Source of the DNA: Candidatus Aminicenantes bacterium
Lineage (GTDB): Bacteria; Acidobacteriota; Aminicenantia; JAMOAD01
Direction of reading: 5' to 3'
Length of the DNA stretch: 64,000 nt
Assembly: GCA_027067555.1 (NCBI GenBank)
Contig: JAMOVU010000177.1
Span: 2,996-66,995, forward strand
Position numbers and translations under genes: made by a program. The notes below the pieces were generated by a model. The model was not told where the DNA came from, searched no databases, and saw only the letters and a list, made by a program, of their open reading frames with translations. Of this stretch, positions 47,376-57,682 are shown piece after piece. The number at the start of each line of letters is the position of its first letter. Position 1 is the stretch's first letter.

Positions 47376-48314
47376 TTATTTACCCGCAACCTTTTCAATA
47401 TAAAGTGAGATAAAGAAAATAAAGGTTAAAATAAAAATAATTATGGATAAAAACGGATTTTTTAAAAGCTCTTCAGGCTCTTCGAGTTCGCCTCTTTTTT
47501 TGTTGATTGTATAAATCATCCAGATAAGAAAAACTGCAAATGGAAAAGAGAACACCACAAAGGTTATTATTTTAAATTGAATACCGAAGAGCAATATAAG
47601 TGCAAAGGAAAGAAATCCTGTGAAAACCATAAAGTAAAAAAGAACTTTCTCGGAAACATTCTTAAGAGATGGTCTGTAAGCCTGAGAGCTTTCTTCTCCC
47701 AAAAATCTTTTCTCAGCTATTCTCTTTCCTATCATTAAAAACATTCCGAAAAACCACCACCATATTAAAAGAAGATACGGTGGGAACTCCACTCTTGCAA
47801 ATGCATACCAACCGATTAGGAATCTTATGGGATTATTTATGGATTCTGAAACAAAATCCACGATAGGAATATCCTTTAATCTTATAGGAGGAATATTATA
47901 AAAAAAGCCTGCAATCAAAAGAGCAATGAGATAAATAGTATAATTTTTTCCGAAATATAGGTATGCGAAAATAATTGAAGATAATGTCATTATAAAGAAT
48001 AAGATTAAAAGTATGTTTCTACTAACTTTACCGGCTGCAAGAGGTCTTGTTCTTTTAATCGGGTGGTGTTGATCAAAGGGAGCATCTGCAATTTCATTTA
48101 TAATATAATTTGCTGTTGAGATACCCCAGGTGAAAAGAAAAGCAAGTATTATTTTTACAAAAAGGTTAAGGGAGAAAACTATTTTTTGGGGGTAGAGCAG
48201 GAAAAATGAAAAAGTTCCTATGTAAATAGCAAAACTTCTCGGCCATCTTTCAAGCCTTAAGGCTTTTAAATAATTAATTATCTTTTTTTCTTGCATAAAC
48301 TTCCACCGAATCAA
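47376..48314 (-). CDS. UbiA-family prenyltransferase (decaprenyl-phosphate phosphoribosyltransferase-like)
   Basis: ALRLERWPRS, YIINEIADAPFDQHHPIKRTRPLAAG, RLKDIPIVD, GKRIAE. Confidence 0.8.
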   Translation of the reverse strand: MIRWKFMQEKKIINYLKALRLERWPRSFAIYIGTFSFFLLYPQKIVFSLNLFVKIILAFLFTWGISTANYIINEIADAPFDQHHPIKRTRPLAAGKVSRNILLILFFIMTLSSIIFAYLYFGKNYTIYLIALLIAGFFYNIPPIRLKDIPIVDFVSESINNPIRFLIGWYAFARVEFPPYLLLIWWWFFGMFLMIGKRIAEKRFLGEESSQAYRPSLKNVSEKVLFYFMVFTGFLSFALILLFGIQFKIITFVVFSFPFAVFLIWMIYTINKKRGELEEPEELLKNPFLSIIIFILTFIFFISLYIEKVAGK

Positions 48315-49182
48315 ATAAAAAGAGTTTAATCTTAATTTTCTCGCTTATTCTTTTTAAGACTCTTATTTTATCATATATTTTCCTTCCTATGTTAAATCTT
48401 GAAATTAAATAATAAAGAGAAAATTTCCAGTGATATGGTTTAATACTTATAATTTCAAAACCCTCTTTATTTAGAGCGAATTTAAGTGATTTTATATTGA
48501 AAAAGTTTACATGGGGAGGTCTGAAGTGCCACCATCGGCTTCCCGTAATTTTCCTGAGAAGGCTATCTATATCAGGAGTAACAAGAACCAAAAGTCCGTT
48601 TTTATTTAAAAGTGAGTTTGCTTTTTTCAGGATTTCAAGGGGATTTTCAACATGCTCTATAAGATCAAGCATTGTTATAATGTCGTATTTTTTGTCTGTT
48701 TCAAAATTTTCAAAGGTTGTATTATGTATTTTAAAACCGTATTTTTCTTCTGCTTTTTTTGCTGCCCATAATGATGGCTCAATTCCCTCAACTTCGAAGC
48801 CCCTTTCCTTTGCAAGTTTCATAAATATACCGGTTGCGGCCCCTACATCCAAAAGTGTACCCGAATTCTTTATCTTTTTTATTCTTTTCAAAATCCTTTT
48901 AAAATTATCCGATCTTCCTTCCTCTTCAGAATCATAATCAGGGTCTTCAATAGAAGAGTATATTTTTTCAAGGAGTTCTTTAGTAGGAGTTGGGTTTGAA
49001 TACACGAAACCGCAGCTTTTGCACTTAAAAAAAGTCCAGTGCTTCCCGTATTGAGAATCTGTTATTTTAAAATCTTTTGTATCAAAATCATTTATATTTG
49101 AATCATACAATTTTTTTCTCTCAGAAGAGCCGCACAATGGACACTTGTTTACCTCTTTCATTAATACTTTCTTCTCCATCAT
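48274..49182 (-). CDS. Class I SAM-dependent methyltransferase with N-terminal Zn-ribbon
   Basis: CPLC...CKSCG, LLDVGAATG, GIEPS, DLIEHVENP. Confidence 0.9.
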   Translation of the reverse strand: MMEKKVLMKEVNKCPLCGSSERKKLYDSNINDFDTKDFKITDSQYGKHWTFFKCKSCGFVYSNPTPTKELLEKIYSSIEDPDYDSEEEGRSDNFKRILKRIKKIKNSGTLLDVGAATGIFMKLAKERGFEVEGIEPSLWAAKKAEEKYGFKIHNTTFENFETDKKYDIITMLDLIEHVENPLEILKKANSLLNKNGLLVLVTPDIDSLLRKITGSRWWHFRPPHVNFFNIKSLKFALNKEGFEIISIKPYHWKFSLYYLISRFNIGRKIYDKIRVLKRISEKIKIKLFLFDSVEVYARKKDN

Positions 49183-49278
49183 CTCCCGATGATATAAAAA
49201 AAAGAACTAAATATCAAGGAGTATGTTATTTTAGGAGTTGTTATTGTAAAACATATTTATCTGTGCTATTAAATTAAT

Positions 49279-50796
49279 ATGAAGAAAAGAGTGATTATTT
49301 TTGTGGCGGCTTTGGTGGTGATTGTTGCGGCGGGGTTTGTGATAAAAGAATATAAATTTGGAAAAGGGGAGAGCATTAAGATATTATGTATGGGAGATAG
49401 TATAACGGAGAGCTCTTTCGGGAGTTATCCTAAGTATCTGAAAACTCTTTTCAAAGAGAATGGCATTAATGCTGATGTAATTTCAGCCGCAAGACCGGGA
49501 AACACTTCGGGGGAGTATCTTTCATTTTTGAGAAAATCTAATATACTTGAAAAATCCGATCCTTACATAGTCCTTATTATGCTTGGTACGAATGATGTAA
49601 GGATTGATTCGGACAGGACCGATAAGAGAAGATTTCTTGAAAATATGAAAAAAATAATAAGAAAGATAAAGAGGTATGAAAAGGAGAGAAAAAAAAGAGT
49701 TCTTATTTTTTTGATGACTCCTCCTCCGATTTTTAACATTGATATAAGAACCTTTAATGAAAGCTCAAAAAAGAGAATAAGAGAGGAGATTGTTCCGATT
49801 ATAAAGAGCATTGCAAAGAAGAATAAACTCGGTCTTATAGATATTCACTCATATTTTCTTAAAAGAAAAGAGCTTTTGCCGGGAATACATCCTTCAAAGG
49901 ATGGTTATTACAGAATGGCAAAATTTATTTACAGAACAATTGTGCCCTATATAAAAGGTTTGCCCCCTTCTCAAAAGGAAAAACTCCCTTCTATTTTTTC
50001 GGGAAAAATAGTTTTCCAGTCCGATAGAAAGGGGAATGAGGATATTTTTTTAATAGATAAAAAAGGAGTGAAACAGCTCACCTTTAACAAAGCTTTTGAC
50101 GGTTATCCTGTTTTTTCTCCCGATGCTGAAAAGGTGGTTTTTGAATCAAACAGATCGGGAAAGTTTGAGATTTATATTCTGAATCTTAAAACAAAAGAAA
50201 TAAAAAAATTATTTGACTCTCCTTCAGAAGATAGAGCTCCTTTCTGGACATATGATGGCAAATATATTTTATTTTCAAGAAAAGTGAATGGTCGGGAGCA
50301 AATCTTTAAATATGATATTAATTCAAAAAAAATTGCTAAAATTACTGATTTCCGAGGAAGAAATGCGCTTCCTTCTGTTTCTCCTGATAATAATTTTCTT
50401 CTTATGACTTCCAACAGGTTTATCGGCTGGAATGTTTATATTATGAATTTGAAGAGCGGTGAAACAAAAAAGCTTTCTGAAGGTTATGGAGGATGCCGGG
50501 CGAGGTTTTCCCACTCCGGAAAATATATAGCCTGGGTTTCTCATAAATTTGATCATAAAGGGGATATTATTTTAACACCTTTTGAAAGGTTTTCTCCGAG
50601 AAGGCTTACCTTTGATTCTGAAAAGCATGATTATTGTCCTGCTTTTTCACCTGATGATAGGTTTATTGTTTATGCAAGTGGTCCCAAGTTAAAATCCGGG
50701 AATTATGATATAAAGATAATAGAGATTTCCACCGGAAAAATCTGGCAGATAACCTCATCTCCCGCCAAGGATATGATGCCTTATTGGGGAAAGTAG
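49279..50796 (+). CDS. SGNH/GDSL hydrolase fused to a TolB-like (PD40) beta-propeller
   Basis: MGDSIT, LGTND, GIHPS; IVFQSDRKGNEDIF, PVFSPD, PSVSPD, PAFSPD repeats. Confidence 0.85.
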   Translation: MKKRVIIFVAALVVIVAAGFVIKEYKFGKGESIKILCMGDSITESSFGSYPKYLKTLFKENGINADVISAARPGNTSGEYLSFLRKSNILEKSDPYIVLIMLGTNDVRIDSDRTDKRRFLENMKKIIRKIKRYEKERKKRVLIFLMTPPPIFNIDIRTFNESSKKRIREEIVPIIKSIAKKNKLGLIDIHSYFLKRKELLPGIHPSKDGYYRMAKFIYRTIVPYIKGLPPSQKEKLPSIFSGKIVFQSDRKGNEDIFLIDKKGVKQLTFNKAFDGYPVFSPDAEKVVFESNRSGKFEIYILNLKTKEIKKLFDSPSEDRAPFWTYDGKYILFSRKVNGREQIFKYDINSKKIAKITDFRGRNALPSVSPDNNFLLMTSNRFIGWNVYIMNLKSGETKKLSEGYGGCRARFSHSGKYIAWVSHKFDHKGDIILTPFERFSPRRLTFDSEKHDYCPAFSPDDRFIVYASGPKLKSGNYDIKIIEISTGKIWQITSSPAKDMMPYWGK

Positions 50797-51767
50797 TGGA
50801 TAGAAGATTTTTCAGGTATGTAAAGTATATTCTTCCCTTTCTTATTACAGCTTTGATTTTCTATGTTTTTCTCAAGAGAACTTCCTTGGAAAGTATCAGA
50901 GAGTATAAAAATCTTTTAAGGATTGACTATTTATTCATATTCATTAGTTTATCTATTGCAGGAACTGTTTTAAGGACTTTAAGGTACAGAATTTTATTAG
51001 AAAAGAAAATAAAGGTTTTTGACCTCTTTTTAATCACCCTTGTGAGAAATTTTTCAGTTGATTTATTACCCGCAAGAACCGCATCTCTTCTGTTTTACAC
51101 ATACTTTACCAATAGAGAGGGAGTTAATATTGAAGAGGGCGGAGCAAGTTTTGTGGTTTCTATGTTTTATGATTTATTATCTTTATCTGTTTTACTGTCC
51201 TTTGCTTTGCTTTATCTCAGCTCCTATGATAATAGAGGGGGACTATTTTGGGCTGTCTTTTTTATATTTTTACTTTCACTTTTTTTTATTATTTTTTCAG
51301 GAAAAATCATAAATATTATCTCCAGTATAAAATTCATTGATAGATTTAAGAAAATAAAAGGAATTTTAATTGAACTTGGGATTTATTTTAAAAAACACAA
51401 TTCTTTCTGGGAAAGGGTTGAGCTTTTCCTTTTAAGTATTTTTATAAGGGCTTTTAAATACCTTTCTCTTTTTGTACTATTTGTTTCATTAACAGGAGCA
51501 GACTTTGTTCTCAAAAAAATTGCTATTTTTAGCTTTGGAATATCCGCTACAGAGCTTTCATCAGTACTTCCGGTGCAGGGGCTTGCCGGGTTCGGCACTT
51601 GGGAGTTGGCATTCAAATATGTTTTTACTCTGATTGGAATAAAATTAAAAAATCCTTTTTTAGTAGGGCTTATAATTCATACAATTACTCAGGTTTGGGA
51701 GTATTCAATAGGACTTATCGCACTTATTTTCTTATTCTTAAAGAGGAAAGTACGAAAAGATATTTAA
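50784..51767 (+). CDS. Lysylphosphatidylglycerol synthase TM-region (flippase-like) membrane protein
   Basis: LRTLRYRILL, VDLLPARTA, LPVQGLAGFGTWE. Confidence 0.8.
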   Translation: MGKVVDRRFFRYVKYILPFLITALIFYVFLKRTSLESIREYKNLLRIDYLFIFISLSIAGTVLRTLRYRILLEKKIKVFDLFLITLVRNFSVDLLPARTASLLFYTYFTNREGVNIEEGGASFVVSMFYDLLSLSVLLSFALLYLSSYDNRGGLFWAVFFIFLLSLFFIIFSGKIINIISSIKFIDRFKKIKGILIELGIYFKKHNSFWERVELFLLSIFIRAFKYLSLFVLFVSLTGADFVLKKIAIFSFGISATELSSVLPVQGLAGFGTWELAFKYVFTLIGIKLKNPFLVGLIIHTITQVWEYSIGLIALIFLFLKRKVRKDI

Positions 51768-51804
51768 TTTTGACGAAAAGAACAATTATGTTTTATAATC
51801 TTTA

Positions 51805-52842
51805 ATGAAGTTTAAATTTTTTAGCTTTATCTTTTTCTTCTTATTTTCTTTCTCTATTATTTTTTCAGAAAACAGTGAACTTATTTATCCCCTTGTTCCG
51901 GAGATAATCTCTTCAATACCTTTAAAGAGTGAGGAGATTGCCTTTAAGATGTATGAGAATAAAAATTCCCTTGTATTTTCAATAAAAGAGGATGATATTA
52001 TCCATTTTTGGGAGTTTAAAATAGAATCCCTTGAGCCAGATAAATTAAAAGAGTTTTTAGGGACAGAAAAAGACGGAAAAATTAAAAATTTAAAAGATTA
52101 TTCTTTGAAAAAAGATAAAGGAGCGCTTACATTTTTTCTTAATGGTAAAAAGAGATGGAAAAGAAGAGCTCCGAACCTTGAGATCCTTGATTATACATTT
52201 GACGGTAAATATCTTGTAGTGATTTTTCAAAATGGCTTTTTAAATGTTTACAAAAAAGGGGGGGATTTGATTTACTGGAAAAATATTTCTCCTGAGTCAT
52301 TTTTTATTTATCAGGTAAAAAAAGGTTTTTTTGTGTTTTCTCCGGATAAATATTATTTTTTTTATTATAAAAAGAAGGAATTAAAGGAAGGGAAAACAAA
52401 GGTTAAATTAAAGGGTAAGCCTGTTATTAGAGGCGATAGAGTTATTTTGTGGGGGCTGAAATCAAAAGAACACTATTTCTCTGTAATAAAGCTTTATCCT
52501 AAAATTGGTGTGTGGTGTGATACGGACAAAAATGAGTATTTTAAAGGAGACACACTGAAGCTTACTTTGAAAGTTTTTAACATTGAAAAGGTGAAAACCA
52601 CTGTAAGAACAGTTTTTGAAGGAAAAGAGAATGTAGAATACAAAAATTCCAGGAAAAAGGAGTTTAAAGTTTACTTGCCATTTGAAGGGATTGTAAATTT
52701 AAAGGTTTCAATAATGGGAGAGAATTTTTCAAAAGAAAGAGTGTTTAAGATTAATGTTTATGATAAAAATAAACTTGAAGGAGAAATGTTTTATGAGATA
52801 ATTAATAGTGTAATAAATAATAATAGGGAGAGTGTGAAATGA
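51805..52842 (+). CDS. Secreted hypothetical protein, beta-rich
   Basis: 345-aa ORF with signal peptide and a canonical promoter directly upstream. Confidence 0.65.
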   Translation: MKFKFFSFIFFFLFSFSIIFSENSELIYPLVPEIISSIPLKSEEIAFKMYENKNSLVFSIKEDDIIHFWEFKIESLEPDKLKEFLGTEKDGKIKNLKDYSLKKDKGALTFFLNGKKRWKRRAPNLEILDYTFDGKYLVVIFQNGFLNVYKKGGDLIYWKNISPESFFIYQVKKGFFVFSPDKYYFFYYKKKELKEGKTKVKLKGKPVIRGDRVILWGLKSKEHYFSVIKLYPKIGVWCDTDKNEYFKGDTLKLTLKVFNIEKVKTTVRTVFEGKENVEYKNSRKKEFKVYLPFEGIVNLKVSIMGENFSKERVFKINVYDKNKLEGEMFYEIINSVINNNRESVK

Positions 52843-54476
52843 ATGTTTTTCTTGCCTTTTTATCACTTTTTATGGTTTCACAGAGGGCTGATATGATTTT
52901 GTATCATGGAAAAATAATGACGATGAATCCGAATCTTCCCTATGTGGAAGCTGTGGCAATAAGAAGAAACAAAGTGATTGCGATAGGCTCTGATGAGGAG
53001 ATATTAAAATTAAAAACAAAGAGAACCAAGCTGATAAATTTGAATGGAAGGCTTGCTTTACCTGGTTTTAATGATTCTCATCTTCACTTTTTATCCGGAG
53101 CAAAAAGCCTTTTCACTCTGGATTTGAACAATAAAAATGAGGATGAGATAGCTACTCTTTTAAGAGAGAGATTGAAAAGCGCAAGGCCCGGTGAATGGAT
53201 TGAGGGTAGAGGCTGGGATCAATATTTTTTCAGAGGAAAAAGATTTCCAAATAAAGAATTTCTGGATAAAATTGCTCCTGATAATCCTATTGCTTTTAGA
53301 AGAGTATGCGGGCATATTTTGTGGGTAAATTCAAAAGCCTTGGAAATAGCCGGTATAAATAAAAATACAAAATCTCCCGAAGGTGGAGAAATAGTAAAGG
53401 ATAAAAATGGAGAACCCACAGGTATTTTGAAGGAGAATGCGGCTGAGCTTGTTTACAAAGTGATGCCTGAGATGGATTTTAATACTGCTAAAAAATATAT
53501 ATTAAAGGCTCTTGATGAGGCGAAAAAGTACGGAGTAACCTCTATACAGGATAATTCTTCTCTTCTTGCCCTTGAAGTTTATAAGTATCTTTACAAAAGG
53601 GGAAAGCTAACCGTGAGAGTTAGTTTTTGGGGAGATTTTTATAAAAGTGTTAAAGAGAATTTAAAAGTCAAAAGAGGAATCGAAAGATACAATTCAAAGT
53701 ATTTGAGATTTGGTCTTATAAAGGGTTTTATGGATGGGACTTTGGGAGCAAGGACTGCAAAAATGTTTTTTTCTTATGCGGATGATCCCACTACCTCCGG
53801 TATGTTTACCATGGATTTGAATGAGCTTTTCAGAAAAACAATTGAATTTAATAAAGCTGGCTTACAGGTGGGAGTTCATGCGATAGGGGATTATGCTGTC
53901 TGGATGGCATTGAAGGCTTTTGAAGCAGCTGAAATTTCTTCAGGAAGAAAAGATTTGAGAAACAGGATCGAGCATTCTCAGACTGTAAGACTTTCTGATA
54001 TAGATGATTATAAAAAATGGAATGTAATTGCCTCTATGCAACCATCTCATATGCTTTATGATTACAAGTGGGCTGAGAAGAGATTGGGGAAGGAAAGGAG
54101 CAGGGGAGCTTATGCATGGAATTCATTTATCAAAAAAGGAGTCCATGTTGCATTCGGAACCGATTGGCCTATTGTTCCTTTAAATCCTATGATTGGCCTT
54201 TATGCATCGGTTATGAGAGCAAATTTTAAGGGTGAACCAGCAGGAGGTTGGATTCCTGATGAAAAGATTTCACTTTTTCAGGCAATATACAATTATACTG
54301 TTGAAGGTGCTTATGCAACATTTGAGGAAAATATAAAAGGGAAGATTGTTCCCGGGATGCTTGCTGATATAATTGTTCTCTCCAATGATATAACATCTTC
54401 TCCTTATCATGAAATTCTTAAAACAAAGGTGGATATTACTATTTTTGATGGCAAGATAATTTACGAAAGAAAATAA
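52839..54476 (+). CDS. Amidohydrolase family 3 (YtcJ-like)
   Basis: LPGFNDSHLH, VHAIGD, RIEHSQ, FGTDWP, GMLAD. Confidence 0.93.
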   Translation: MNVFLAFLSLFMVSQRADMILYHGKIMTMNPNLPYVEAVAIRRNKVIAIGSDEEILKLKTKRTKLINLNGRLALPGFNDSHLHFLSGAKSLFTLDLNNKNEDEIATLLRERLKSARPGEWIEGRGWDQYFFRGKRFPNKEFLDKIAPDNPIAFRRVCGHILWVNSKALEIAGINKNTKSPEGGEIVKDKNGEPTGILKENAAELVYKVMPEMDFNTAKKYILKALDEAKKYGVTSIQDNSSLLALEVYKYLYKRGKLTVRVSFWGDFYKSVKENLKVKRGIERYNSKYLRFGLIKGFMDGTLGARTAKMFFSYADDPTTSGMFTMDLNELFRKTIEFNKAGLQVGVHAIGDYAVWMALKAFEAAEISSGRKDLRNRIEHSQTVRLSDIDDYKKWNVIASMQPSHMLYDYKWAEKRLGKERSRGAYAWNSFIKKGVHVAFGTDWPIVPLNPMIGLYASVMRANFKGEPAGGWIPDEKISLFQAIYNYTVEGAYATFEENIKGKIVPGMLADIIVLSNDITSSPYHEILKTKVDITIFDGKIIYERK

Positions 54477-54479
54477 GAA

Positions 54480-54510
54480 ATGCCTTCGGGTAATAATATC
54501 CCGAAGGCAT
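54480..54510. terminator. Hairpin terminator between convergent genes (probably bidirectional)
   Basis: Perfect 11-bp stem ATGCCTTCGGG/CCCGAAGGCAT; U-rich tail on the minus strand. Confidence 0.85.
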
Positions 54511-54529
54511 TGGAGTTATATATATGAAG

Positions 54530-55273
54530 TTAATAGGGTAAAACTTTAATAGAGCCATTAACTGTTGAAAGAGAGAGAAAGAATTTTGATTCTTTACCGA
54601 CGGCTTTAACCGTTGAGAAAGATGAGAATGGAAACAATCTTTTTTTGTATGTTATTCTAAGGTCCGGATGATCAATTTTAACTGCTCCGTTCACTGTACT
54701 TGCTTTTAAGCTTAAGTTTTTTGTATCTTTTATATAAACTGCGATTGAACCATTAACTGTTTTTACCGAAAGATCATCATTAAGTTTATCCAAATAAAGC
54801 TTGATACTTCCATTTACAGTTGAAACTTTCCCTGCTCCATAATTATTGGTGACAAGTATTTTTCCGTTTACAGTTGTAAGAATAAATCTTTTTAAATTTG
54901 CATCACTTATAATACTACCGTTTACTGAAGTGGCTTTTAAAGCTAAGTTTGATGGAATTTTTAAAATAAAATTTATTGAAACATTGGAATTTTTTGGAAA
55001 ATATGGTTTTATTTCAAGTGTTTTATCAGATTTGAACACTTTTATATTTACCAGGTCAAGCTTTCGTTTGGAGTTTGCCTTTATGGTGGCAAAAATTGTG
55101 ATTTTATTTCCTTTTTGGGAATTTACTAATATTTTACCATTTATATTTTTTAGGTAAATGTTTGTTAGGTTTTCACTTTGTAATTCTTTGTGAAAGCTTT
55201 TTTCATAGGTATAAGAAAACATTAGAGAAGACAGGAATAATACCAATGTTAAAAATATAATTCTCTTTCTCAT
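54530..55273 (-). CDS. DUF4097 (adhesin-like beta-strand repeat) secreted protein
   Basis: Signal peptide after SD GGAGG; repeated (S/T)VNGSI motifs. Confidence 0.85.
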   Translation of the reverse strand: MRKRIIFLTLVLFLSSLMFSYTYEKSFHKELQSENLTNIYLKNINGKILVNSQKGNKITIFATIKANSKRKLDLVNIKVFKSDKTLEIKPYFPKNSNVSINFILKIPSNLALKATSVNGSIISDANLKRFILTTVNGKILVTNNYGAGKVSTVNGSIKLYLDKLNDDLSVKTVNGSIAVYIKDTKNLSLKASTVNGAVKIDHPDLRITYKKRLFPFSSFSTVKAVGKESKFFLSLSTVNGSIKVLPY

Positions 55274-55422
55274 TACTAACCTCCTTTTTAATAACACTAT
55301 AACGAAGTTAGTAAAAAAATGTTCCAATTTTAAATGGAAAGTATAAATACGAGTGTTGACTTTTTTTAAAGCTAATATTATTATATATTGCTTTTAAAAG
55401 TAGAAAATAAAGGAGAAAAAAT

Positions 55423-56895
55423 ATGAAAAAGGCTTTCTTGATGTTTTTCCTTTTTGTGATTGTTTTTTCATTAGCAATGCCAATTTTTGCTGCAAATACC
55501 CACAAAGATAAAGCTGCTCATGGCGATGAAGAGGAGCTTTTAGGTGAAAAATTGCCTCTTTGGTCAGCAATTCCGTTTGCAGGAATTTTGCTTTCAATAG
55601 CAGTTTTCCCTCTTATTGCTCCCCATTTCTGGCATCATCACTTTGGTAAGGTTGCCGCCTTCTGGGCACTTTTACTTTTTATACCTTTTTATATTTATTA
55701 TCCTCACGAAGCTGTTCACGAAACTTTACATATAATATTATTAGATTATATCCCTTTTATTATTCTTCTCTGGTCTCTTTTTACTGTGGCAGGTGGAATT
55801 CTGGTTAAGGGGTCTTTAAAGGGAACCCCTGCTGTAAACCTTTTAATGTTAATAATAGGGACATTTTTAGCTTCATGGATAGGAACAACAGGTTCTGCAA
55901 TGCTTTTAATCAGGCCTGTTATCAGAGCAAACAAACACAGGAAGCATAAAACACATGTAATAGCATTTTTCATATTTCTTGTCGCAAATATAGGAGGTTC
56001 ATTAACCCCATTGGGAGACCCCCCTCTGTTTTTAGGCTTTTTACACGGTGTTCCTTTCTTCTGGACATTTAATATTTTCCCTCATATGGGTTTTGTCTCT
56101 TTGATCCTTTTAATTATGTTTTTTATACTTGACTCTTATTATTACAGAAAAGAAACAGATGAAGTGAAAGCACACGGTGATGATGAGGAAAAAGAGCCCA
56201 TAAAGGTTGTTGGACTTGTTAATATAATCTTTCTTTTGGGAATTATAGGTGGAGTTCTTTTGAGTGGAGTGTGGCATCCGGGGAAAGTAAATGTTTTGGG
56301 AATACCAGTTGAAATAGAAAACCTTGTAAGAAATGCAATATTAATTATAATGGGACTTCTTTCCCTTTACTTTACAAAGAAAGAAATTAGAGAGGGGAAT
56401 GAGTTTACCTGGGATCCGATTCTTGAAGTTGCCTATCTTTTCGCAGGTATTTTTATTACGATTATCCCCGCAATTGCCATTTTAAAAGCAGGAGAAAGAG
56501 GTGCTCTGGCATCCTTAATGAGAGCTGTTAAAGATCCTGTTCATTATTTCTGGGCAACCGGGATATTATCAAGTTTTCTTGACAATGCACCAACTTATCT
56601 TACATTCTTTAATTCCGCTTTGGGTAATTTTGTCTTGCCTCACTTTACTCCTTTGACAGAAGCTCAAGCGGCACATTATCTTATTGCCCATAATCCCACT
56701 GTTTTGGAAGCTATTTCAGCCGGTGCTGTTTTTATGGGTGCCAATACATATATCGGAAATGCTCCTAACTTTATGGTAAAGTCAATAGCAGAGGAAAACA
56801 ATATTGAGATGCCCAGCTTTTTCGGATATATAATGAAGTATTCTTTACCTTTTCTTATAACATCCTTTATTTTGGTATCCATAGTATTCTTTTAA
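55423..56895 (+). CDS. Putative Na+/H+ antiporter (ion transporter superfamily, DUF1646-like)
   Basis: SWIGTTGSAMLL, ANIGGSLTPLGDPPLFLGF, SSFLDNAPTY, GANTYIGNAPNFMVK. Confidence 0.9.
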   Translation: MKKAFLMFFLFVIVFSLAMPIFAANTHKDKAAHGDEEELLGEKLPLWSAIPFAGILLSIAVFPLIAPHFWHHHFGKVAAFWALLLFIPFYIYYPHEAVHETLHIILLDYIPFIILLWSLFTVAGGILVKGSLKGTPAVNLLMLIIGTFLASWIGTTGSAMLLIRPVIRANKHRKHKTHVIAFFIFLVANIGGSLTPLGDPPLFLGFLHGVPFFWTFNIFPHMGFVSLILLIMFFILDSYYYRKETDEVKAHGDDEEKEPIKVVGLVNIIFLLGIIGGVLLSGVWHPGKVNVLGIPVEIENLVRNAILIIMGLLSLYFTKKEIREGNEFTWDPILEVAYLFAGIFITIIPAIAILKAGERGALASLMRAVKDPVHYFWATGILSSFLDNAPTYLTFFNSALGNFVLPHFTPLTEAQAAHYLIAHNPTVLEAISAGAVFMGANTYIGNAPNFMVKSIAEENNIEMPSFFGYIMKYSLPFLITSFILVSIVFF

Positions 56896-56910
56896 AAACA
56901 GGTAAAAGGA

Positions 56911-57546
56911 ATGCAAAATTATGTTGTTTTTGAAAAGGAAAAAGTCTATCCTTCAAAAATTGTATGTGTTGGCAGAAATTATGTAAAGCATATTAGAGAG
57001 CTTAATAATGAAATACCGGATGATATAGTCCTTTTTATAAAACCAAATTCATCAATAGGAAAGCCTGAATTTAAAAGATATGATTATCCGATACATTATG
57101 AAGGAGAAATTTCCTTTTTAGTGGGTAAAAGTGTTAAATATGGGGATATAATAGACGCGTCGGTTTTTAAAGGGATAGGATTCGGAATTGATTTTACAAT
57201 GAGAACTCTTCAAAAAAAACTTAAAGAGAAAGGTTTGCCCTGGGAAAAGGCAAAGGCTTTTGACGGAGGAGCCCTTTTCAGTGAGTTTAAATCAATACCA
57301 ACGAATATGAATCTGGAGAATATTGAATTTTCTTTAAGAATAAATGGGGAATTAAAGCAAACATCATCAAGCAGCTACATGCTTTTTAAACCTTTAACAA
57401 TAGTTAAAAAAATTGTTGAATTTTTTAGTTTGGATGAAAATGATATTATTATGACAGGTACTCCTGAGGGAGTGGGTGAAGCTCATAGGGGAGATCTATT
57501 TGAATATGAAATAAAAGATATTCTTTCAGGAAGTTTTAAACTGTAA
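56911..57546 (+). CDS. Fumarylacetoacetate hydrolase family protein
   Basis: KIVCVGRNYVKH, HYEGEI, DFTMRTLQ, WEKAKAFD, MTGTPEGVG. Confidence 0.93.
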   Translation: MQNYVVFEKEKVYPSKIVCVGRNYVKHIRELNNEIPDDIVLFIKPNSSIGKPEFKRYDYPIHYEGEISFLVGKSVKYGDIIDASVFKGIGFGIDFTMRTLQKKLKEKGLPWEKAKAFDGGALFSEFKSIPTNMNLENIEFSLRINGELKQTSSSSYMLFKPLTIVKKIVEFFSLDENDIIMTGTPEGVGEAHRGDLFEYEIKDILSGSFKL

Positions 57547-57595
57547 TTTTTTAATGTTTAAAATTAATTCCCTTTTCCCCTATAAAAAATAAGTA

Positions 57596-57669
57596 CGCGC
57601 CCGGAGGGACTCGAACCCCCAACATTTGGATTAGAAATCCAATGCTCTATCCTGTTGAGCTACGGGCGC
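57596..57669 (-). tRNA. tRNA-Arg(TCT); 3' CCA not encoded
   Basis: Acceptor GCGCCCG/CGGGCGC, anticodon stem TTGGA/TCCAA with loop TTTCTAA, T-loop GGTTCGAGTCC. Confidence 0.95.
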
Positions 57670-57682
57670 ATCTTTTTTTTTC

